A program made the position numbers and the translations under genes. Positions 31,042-35,847 of a DNA stretch of 35,847 nucleotides are shown piece by piece (within the stretch, counting starts at the first letter, position 1; every line of letters starts with the position of its first letter). The DNA comes from a bacterium (GTDB taxonomy: Bacteria > Patescibacteriota > Minisyncoccia > Phycocordibacterales > CAIZLB01), in NCBI GenBank assembly GCA_037131455.1, contig JBAXRA010000002.1:1-35847 (forward strand). Reading direction: 5' to 3'. The notes below the pieces were generated by a model that saw nothing but the letters and a program-made list of their open reading frames with translations, searched no databases and was not told where the DNA came from.

Positions 31042-31656
31042 CTATTTTGTGCAAATCCAAAGGCCGTCCCCAGTCTCGAGTTCCTCGATCTTCCACCCAT
31101 TTTCAATTAAATAAATTTTAAAAGTTTCTAACCGTTCCTTCATGTCCGTAGTATTATCCACGATTAGGAAAGTTTTTTCTGTAATTATAGGAGAAAGTGC
31201 CTCTAGGTATTGAATAAATTTCGAACGATTAGCATCAAAAAATAAAAGATCTGCAGTTTGCAATTCCTTAACAATCTTTGGCAAAGCAGTTTCAATTTCT
31301 TCTTCAAAAATCTTTGCATTTATATCAGCTTTCTTAAAATAATCTTTTGCAATATTAAACTTGTAATCCCTTTTCTCAATTGTAAAAAGTTTTCCGCTTT
31401 GTTTTTTAAGTGCCAGTCCCATCCATACTCCTGAATATCCAATACCGGTACCGAGCTCTACGACATTTTTAATATAATTCTTTAATATAAAGTTATATAA
31501 AAATTCTCCTGTTTCAGGCGAAACAGGCCAAGGACGATCGCCATAAATTCCATCGGGGTCAGACAAATGCTGTCCAATTTCAATCTGGGAAGGTGAATAC
31601 CAAACAAGGGTTTTAGAAATCCCTTCTAATTCTTTTAAAATTTCTTTTCCCTCCAT
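31042..31656 (-). CDS. class I SAM-dependent O-methyltransferase (family 3, YrrM/TrmR-like)
   Basis: VVELGTGIGYSGVWMGLAL (SAM motif I), KLFTIEKRD, DLLFFDANRSKFIQYLE. The start is set at 31656 (MEGKEILK), directly after the stop of the upstream small gene. Confidence 0.7.
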   Translation of the reverse strand: MEGKEILKELEGISKTLVWYSPSQIEIGQHLSDPDGIYGDRPWPVSPETGEFLYNFILKNYIKNVVELGTGIGYSGVWMGLALKKQSGKLFTIEKRDYKFNIAKDYFKKADINAKIFEEEIETALPKIVKELQTADLLFFDANRSKFIQYLEALSPIITEKTFLIVDNTTDMKERLETFKIYLIENGWKIEELETGDGLWICTK

Positions 31657-31657
31657 C

Positions 31658-31879
31658 TTAACCTCTAGTGTAGTCAATAGGTGTAGTAGTCGCTGGTTCC
31701 TCTTCTTCGTAATGTGGAAAACAAATATCACCTGTCATAATGTCGTACTTGTCTCCAATTGCGCAAGATACTGGTGGGGGAGTTTTCTTTGCAGTCATTG
31801 AGATGTAAGCCCATATTATAAGGGCTGAAAGCAGTATAATTCCAATTATGAAGGCGATGTTGGTTTTGGTAGTTTTCAT
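31658..31879 (-). CDS. small membrane-anchored protein
   Basis: MKTTKTNIAFIIGIILLSALIIWAYI, then a short Cys/Pro-containing ectodomain. TATACT lies 6 nt before the ATG at 31879. The longer track ORF overlaps the upstream gene. Confidence 0.4.
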   Translation of the reverse strand: MKTTKTNIAFIIGIILLSALIIWAYISMTAKKTPPPVSCAIGDKYDIMTGDICFPHYEEEEPATTTPIDYTRG

Positions 31880-31928
31880 ATTTATAGTATAGCAGAAGTT
31901 TTGAATTTTTTTAAGTTTATATATATTA

Positions 31929-32587
31929 CTAGAACTCAATCTTTCCGTCCGGAGAATACAACTCAACAGACTTGATGGTTGAATATTGAGTTAGGGTATC
32001 ACGGAGCACTGCTAGAATGTGCATTTTTTCACAACTACTGAGGAACCTTAGATATGTACTACTGGGAGTTTCAGCACTATCCAACATCACCTTCGCTACA
32101 CCGTTTACAATACTTACAGATTTATAAACCCCGTACCGTGCAAGCTCTTTTGAGAAAAGAATCCTCAATGAAGCATCCGCAACTGATGTGGTTTTTGGAA
32201 CAAGATAACTAACAGGGTAAGTTGCACCACAGTCGCTGGTTGCTGCAATTTCCTTATCTTGAAGATATAAGTTCAAAACCGTTTGGTCAGTTGTTGTAAC
32301 ATTGAATTGAACTTTGTTGCTTATCTTTCCCCATGGAGATGTATATATAAAATATATTCCTGGTGTGATGTTCAAGTACTTTTCACACGGATTAGTTCAA
32401 GGATTGTTCCGATCGGTCCTGAAGTTTGGGAGATAGAATCGATGTGGGGGAGAGGATTAGAGTCTACAGGTGTTGTAGTGGTTGCGACGGGAAGTGAAGT
32501 TGGCACTTCTTTAAGAGTAGAGAATCCCAAAACTGCTAATGCAATTAAGATGATAATTACCAAGACTGTAATAAGGGTTTTTTTCAT
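31929..32587 (-). pseudogene. frameshifted gene: signal-anchor + Thr/Pro linker + beta-rich segment + GerMN-like domain
   Basis: ORF 32372..32587 (signal anchor, then ...SGPIGTILELIRVKST*) and ORF 31929..32375 (TTG start only, no signal peptide) overlap by 4 nt in different frames at an A4 run. One extra A would read through as ...IRVKKYLNITPGIYFIY.... The C-terminal part (LNLYLQD...LRILFS...LRDTLTQYSTIKSVELYSPDGK) resembles GerMN. Confidence 0.55.
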
Positions 32588-32612
32588 ATACTGTGAAGTA
32601 TAACAGAAGTAT

Positions 32613-32632
32613 GTGACCCCACGGGGTGGATT
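32613..32632. repeat. intergenic GC-rich motif, copy A (gtgaccccacggggtggatt)
   Basis: 17 of 20 positions identical to copy C. Positions 32611-32622 (atgtgaccccac) are identical to 35140-35151, which cover the complement of the tRNA-Glu 3' acceptor end. Confidence 0.6.
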
Positions 32633-32689
32633 AGTGAGTTTAGTTTTTTATTCTCAACATCTATATAGATATTATAGTTAATCTATACG

Positions 32690-32998
32690 CTACTCAGCGT
32701 CCAATATTCTATTCAACTCTCTTTCTAACAGCGCTATAAGGTCATTGGCTTCTGCTTTAATTGCACCCTTTTCTCCTTTACTTTTTACAGCTAAATATCT
32801 TCTGAATCTAATCATTATTCCTCTGGCTACTTCCTGGTCCTTGATATTATCTAGGGCAAATTCCACAGGTCCTAATTTGTCATTAGAATTAAAAATATCT
32901 ATTTGAATGGCGTCCTTTTCTTCAGAACTCAAGTTTGAGAACCAGTGTTTTAATGGGAATTCTGCCTCGGGAGTTAGTTGTTGTGGATTTTCGTGCAT
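32690..32998 (-). CDS. hypothetical soluble protein
   Basis: 102-aa ORF. No TM segment and no recognised motif. It is flanked by motif copies A and B. Confidence 0.4.
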   Translation of the reverse strand: MHENPQQLTPEAEFPLKHWFSNLSSEEKDAIQIDIFNSNDKLGPVEFALDNIKDQEVARGIMIRFRRYLAVKSKGEKGAIKAEANDLIALLERELNRILDAE

Positions 32999-33046
32999 GC
33001 TTATATATTAACATGTTATAAAAAACACACTAGGGTTTTGGTGTTG

Positions 33047-33075
33047 GTGAGTTCGTGGGGTGGATTTCCGAACTT
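33047..33075. repeat. intergenic GC-rich motif, copy B (gtgagttcgtggggtggatttccgaactt)
   Basis: 22 of 29 positions identical to copy C. It contains the hairpin agttcg (33050-33055) / cgaact (33069-33074). Confidence 0.6.
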
Positions 33076-33123
33076 TTACCACATAGTGACCATCTAAAAT
33101 ATTGCATTCAAGATCTTGATAAC

Positions 33124-33972
33124 TTAACGAGAACTTTTTTGAATTAAATCAATGTCTTGCTGTATTTTATCCGCTATTTTCAATGCCCCATCTGCATAAA
33201 AGTGATATTTAGAATTCGGTGAACCAGAGAAATAAATCATTGCTGCCCGCCACTCTCCTTCATGTTTTTTTGATGCAGCTCCTGCGTCTGCCAAGAATAA
33301 TCCTGCAGCAAGAAAAGCATCATGCATATCCCACGGGTCAGCTGGTTTACCTGTAATTTTTTCTAGTTTTTTCTTGTATAGCATCCAGGTCGAAGGGATA
33401 AAGTCTGCAGGCCCCATTGCTCCTCCCCAGCCAAAACTCATTGGACAGGTAACCTGTGTCTTGAGGGGATCTTTTCCTAATTCCTTAGTAATGGTTAAAA
33501 ATGGGACTAGGTCTCTATTTGGCTTCAGTGTGTTTTTTCTAGGTTGATTATCAATAACCCTGATGCCTTCTCCAGTCTTGATATTTGTCAGATAGCACAT
33601 ATCAAGTTTTTCTAGAGTTAATTCTTCTTGTAGAATAGCGAGTAAAAAAGCTGGGCGAATTTTTACAATTCCTGAGACCTGATTGGCAATATCCAAAGCC
33701 TGGCCGAAACTAGTACTGGTTGATACTCCTAGTAATTCAAAATTTCCAGAAAGAATATCGGAAGCTTCTGTTGATGAGGTTGCTGAAAGAGTGGTGATGA
33801 TTGTCGCAGTTTCTCTATTATCTGACGCGTAGTTTGCGGTAACAGAGGCTGTCAGCATACTGCCACCCGGCTTTATTAGTTGAGTATTATAATCTGTGTA
33901 TTTTAAAACACCCGTGAACGTGATAAAAAGTACTGTGCTCAATAATGCTAAAAAGATTGCCCTAGACTTCAT
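33124..33972 (-). CDS. secreted lytic transglycosylase-like protein (MltB/SLT_2-like)
   Basis: Signal peptide MKSRAIFLALLSTVLFI. LAILQEELTL, then GGAMGPADFIPSTWMLY...DPWDMHDAFLAAGLFLA matches the SLT_2 pattern (GAMGxxQFxPSTW...D.w...DA..s.A.YL). Confidence 0.55.
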   Translation of the reverse strand: MKSRAIFLALLSTVLFITFTGVLKYTDYNTQLIKPGGSMLTASVTANYASDNRETATIITTLSATSSTEASDILSGNFELLGVSTSTSFGQALDIANQVSGIVKIRPAFLLAILQEELTLEKLDMCYLTNIKTGEGIRVIDNQPRKNTLKPNRDLVPFLTITKELGKDPLKTQVTCPMSFGWGGAMGPADFIPSTWMLYKKKLEKITGKPADPWDMHDAFLAAGLFLADAGAASKKHEGEWRAAMIYFSGSPNSKYHFYADGALKIADKIQQDIDLIQKSSR

Positions 33973-34013
33973 ATGTATGTAAGGATAACATATAGATTCA
34001 CAACGTTCACTGG

Positions 34014-34042
34014 TGACCCCATAGGGTGGCTTTCAGAACTTA
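34014..34042. repeat. intergenic GC-rich motif, copy C (gtgaccccatagggtggctttcagaactt)
   Basis: See copies A and B. It lies between the wHTH-ComF-like gene and the lytic transglycosylase gene. Confidence 0.6.
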
Positions 34043-34099
34043 CTAGACAGAGAGATCATATCAAAAGTAGTATAGAAGCACTTAGTTTTACTATGTCTG

Positions 34100-35074
34100 T
34101 TACACCTCGCTAATTACCTCAAAGCCACTAAAGCTTCCCGTAATAGCCAAACCGATAATCGTATCAGCAAGCCCTTGGTTTTTAATTTTCTTTGCTGTTT
34201 CGTTAATAGTAGCTCCCGAACCCAAGGCATCGTCTATCAGAAGGACTGTTTTAAACTTTTTCGTATCATCCACCATAATGGTTCCCTTTGCATTTTCAAT
34301 ACGGTCCTCAAGCTTATTGAGGGTCTTTTGAGGCACGATAACAGGGGTCTTCACTTTTACTAGAGAAACCTTGGGATTAGTTAGATGAAGTTGTCGCTCT
34401 AGTTCTCGCATAAGCTGGATTTCTCGTTTGACCGTGGGCGGTATAAATCCTACAGCCTCAATTTTATATTTCATTATAAGTTCTTCTATTTGAGGTCGGA
34501 TTTGGTCCACAAGCTCTTTTATCAACCCTCGGTTTTGACTTTGCTTGGCGTAGAGCAAAAGCTGTCCAAGCTTGGTCTTACCGAAGCGTTCAATGCTATA
34601 AAAATCTAGGTAGAATAGCTTGTCTACAGCCGTGTCGGGAAAAGTACCCTTTAGTTTGTGCATACCATTTATCAAGCCATCTTTTTTGTATCGCTTATAT
34701 TTCTTGAGAGTATCAACGTATTCTTTTGCTGTTTTTTCAAGTGGGTCCTTTCTTTTGAGACACCAATTTATGAAGCCTTCAAATCCTTCCTGTCTTTCGC
34801 CTGATGGAGTGATATTAAGAAAGTTCTCATCAATGATTTTTCTGGTCTTTTCATCAACGGTATTGTCTTCCTTTTTTATTTTGTCTTCAGCAAGAAGGTA
34901 AAAGACTTTCGGTGGTCTACCGATTTTGTATATTTTCCCTTCATTGAGTAGGGAACTGAGCTGTTTTCGGATGGCTCGCGAGGTAATATCAAAATGATTC
35001 GTCAGTTCGTTTCCCGAAGCTTGCCCTTTTTGCTTTATATATTCGAGGATTTTATATGAAGTTTTTGCTTCCAT
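34100..35074 (-). CDS. winged-helix DNA-binding domain fused to a ComF-type phosphoribosyltransferase domain
   Basis: N-terminus YKILEYIKQKGQASGNELTNHFDITSRAIRKQLSSLLNEGKIYKIG (wHTH). C-terminus IEAVGFIPPTVKR...PQKTLNKLEDRIENAKGTIMV...VLLIDDALGSGATINETAKKI (ComF layout with PRPP-binding loop). Confidence 0.65.
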   Translation of the reverse strand: MEAKTSYKILEYIKQKGQASGNELTNHFDITSRAIRKQLSSLLNEGKIYKIGRPPKVFYLLAEDKIKKEDNTVDEKTRKIIDENFLNITPSGERQEGFEGFINWCLKRKDPLEKTAKEYVDTLKKYKRYKKDGLINGMHKLKGTFPDTAVDKLFYLDFYSIERFGKTKLGQLLLYAKQSQNRGLIKELVDQIRPQIEELIMKYKIEAVGFIPPTVKREIQLMRELERQLHLTNPKVSLVKVKTPVIVPQKTLNKLEDRIENAKGTIMVDDTKKFKTVLLIDDALGSGATINETAKKIKNQGLADTIIGLAITGSFSGFEVISEV

Positions 35075-35099
35075 AAAGGAATAATAGCATTAATTGTAG

Positions 35100-35134
35100 A
35101 AAGTTCCTAGTTCCCAGTGAACTAGGAACTTTTT
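35100..35134. terminator. 14-bp perfect hairpin between tRNA-Glu and the wHTH-ComF-like gene (terminator and/or operator)
   Basis: aaagttcctagttc (35100-35113) pairs with gaactaggaacttt (35119-35132), loop ccagt. On the plus strand it is followed by a T-run and then A6. It overlaps a candidate minus-strand promoter (TACAAT = complement of 35093-35098). Confidence 0.55.
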
Positions 35135-35142
35135 AAAAAATG

Positions 35143-35214
35143 TGACCCCACAGAGAATCGAACTCTGCTTCTCGCCTTGAAAAGGCGATGTCCTAACCGA
35201 TAGACGATGGGGCC
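35143..35214 (-). tRNA. tRNA-Glu (anticodon UUC), CCA not encoded
   Basis: The reverse complement folds as GGCCCCA / TGGGGTC acceptor, GTCT..GGAC D arm, TCGCC-TTTTCAA-GGCGA anticodon arm, CAGAG-TTCGATT-CTCTG T arm, discriminator A. 72 nt. Confidence 0.9.
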
Positions 35215-35279
35215 GTATTTGTCCCCAAGAATATAACATTTTTTGGGAAAAAGGCAAAAAAGAGGTATATTGTTAACAT

Positions 35280-35759
35280 ATGAAAAACACCACATTACTT
35301 TTCCTAATTAAGAAAACAGATAACAAAATTACTGATATTTGCCTGGCTATGAAGAAGCGCGGATTTGGAACGGGACGATGGAATGGTGTCGGAGGAAAAC
35401 TTTCAGAGGGGGAATCAATTGAAGATGCTACAAAGAGGGAAACCAAAGAAGAAATTGGCGTTGATATTTCATCAATGTCGAAAGTGGCAGAGCTTGCATT
35501 TTCTTTTGCTAATAATCCAGATTGGAATCAATTGGTACACGTCTTCACAACTACCGAGTGGGATGGAGAAGTAATTGAAAGCGAGGAGATGAAACCAGAA
35601 TGGTACAAGGTTTCAGACATTCCATTTAAAGACATGTGGCCAGATGATATTTTTTGGTTACCGAAAGTTTTGAATGGGGAATTGATTAAGGCTGCATTTA
35701 CTTTTGGAGAAAAAGATGCGATTTTAGATCAGAAAGTTGAAACTGTAGAGTCTTTATAA
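35280..35759 (+). CDS. Nudix hydrolase, MutT/MTH1-like
   Basis: Complete Nudix box GGKLSEGESIEDATKRETKEEIGV (Gx5Ex7REUxEExGU). RWNGVGGK as in 8-oxo-dGTPase-type enzymes. TATATT at 35266-35271 lies 8 nt before the ATG. Confidence 0.8.
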   Translation: MKNTTLLFLIKKTDNKITDICLAMKKRGFGTGRWNGVGGKLSEGESIEDATKRETKEEIGVDISSMSKVAELAFSFANNPDWNQLVHVFTTTEWDGEVIESEEMKPEWYKVSDIPFKDMWPDDIFWLPKVLNGELIKAAFTFGEKDAILDQKVETVESL

Positions 35760-35773
35760 TACTATTGTCCCAC

Positions 35774-35846
35774 GGGCGATTAGCTCAGTTGGTAGAGCGC
35801 AACATTGACGTTGTTGATGCCAGAGGTTCGAGTCCTCTATCGCCCA
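35774..35846 (+). tRNA. tRNA-Val (anticodon GAC)
   Basis: GGGCGAT/ATCGCCC acceptor, GCTC..GAGC D arm, CAACA-TTGACGT-TGTTG anticodon arm, AGAGG-TTCGAGT-CCTCT T arm, discriminator A. The window ends 1 nt later. Confidence 0.9.
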
Positions 35847-35847
35847 C

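Noticed and set aside
31025-31966. Long N-terminal extensions of tsaD (to 31096), the O-methyltransferase (to 31731) and the small membrane protein (to 31966).
   Set aside because: Each extension overlaps the upstream gene and precedes the conserved or hydrophobic N-terminus. Internal ATGs at 31024, 31656 and 31879 give tight, non-overlapping packing.
32611-35151. An integrated element bounded by a 12-nt direct repeat of the tRNA-Glu 3' end (atgtgaccccac at 32611 and 35140).
   Set aside because: The 2.5-kb interval has no integrase, recombinase or phage/plasmid genes, and the repeat is only 12 nt. Related motif copies B and C inside the interval argue for a recurring regulatory or structural motif rather than a simple attL/attR pair. 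The idea is kept as an alternative in the motif finding.
35737-35760. A promoter for tRNA-Val (TTGAAA 35737-35742 and TATAAT 35755-35760).
   Set aside because: The spacer between the hexamers is only 12 nt, so the pair does not form a plausible sigma70 promoter. The TATAAT alone (overlapping the Nudix stop codon) may still act as a -10, but the support is too weak to list it as a feature.
1-35847. An alternative genetic code (UGA reassigned, as in some candidate phyla) and CRISPR arrays.
   Set aside because: TGA terminates conserved-length proteins (Fic at 1118-1120, pilin 2 at 15335-15337), and housekeeping ORFs are full length under code 11. No repeat-spacer array is visible. The only tandem repeats are two-copy operator-like elements.

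Overview
This is an AT-rich, tightly packed bacterial window that uses the standard genetic code (TGA ends conserved proteins at normal lengths). All family calls come from motif recognition by eye; I ran no searches. The backbone is housekeeping: rpsB-tsf, tRNA-Thr, pheS-pheT, gyrB, dnaE, rnhB, rpmF, a nusB fusion, rnc-smc, valS, tsaD, tRNA-Glu and tRNA-Val. Several features fit a reduced Patescibacteria/CPR-like genome, but I cannot confirm that lineage. They are trimmed aaRS subunits, a short SMC with no hinge, type IV pilins, many small membrane proteins, and almost no Shine-Dalgarno sites. Accessory content includes a class II Fic protein and a tandem GT9-like gene pair. There are two copies of a cassette made of a small membrane protein plus a type IV pilin. 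A surface module on the minus strand combines a processive GT2, a membrane-anchored thioredoxin-like protein and a secreted PG-binding/Ig-like protein. There are two RelE-superfamily toxin-antitoxin pairs, an orphan XRE regulator and an orphan OmpR-type response regulator next to Hsp20 and PrsW. A GC-richer orphan gene carries a strong SD. The best candidates for something undescribed are these. (1) A minus-strand run (31929-35142) of a GerMN-like frameshifted gene, an unknown 102-aa protein, a lytic transglycosylase and a wHTH-ComF-like phosphoribosyltransferase. Three intergenic gaps in this run each carry a copy of a GC-rich motif of about 20-30 nt that resembles the tRNA-Glu 3' end. (2) The duplicated pilin cassette. 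(3) A promoter-driven three-way-junction leader RNA fused to tRNA-Thr. (4) A NusB-Nudix fusion. (5) The hinge-less SMC with a His-rich coiled-coil midpoint. (6) A 74-nt near-perfect hairpin upstream of gyrB. (7) A window-wide leaderless-type promoter layout.
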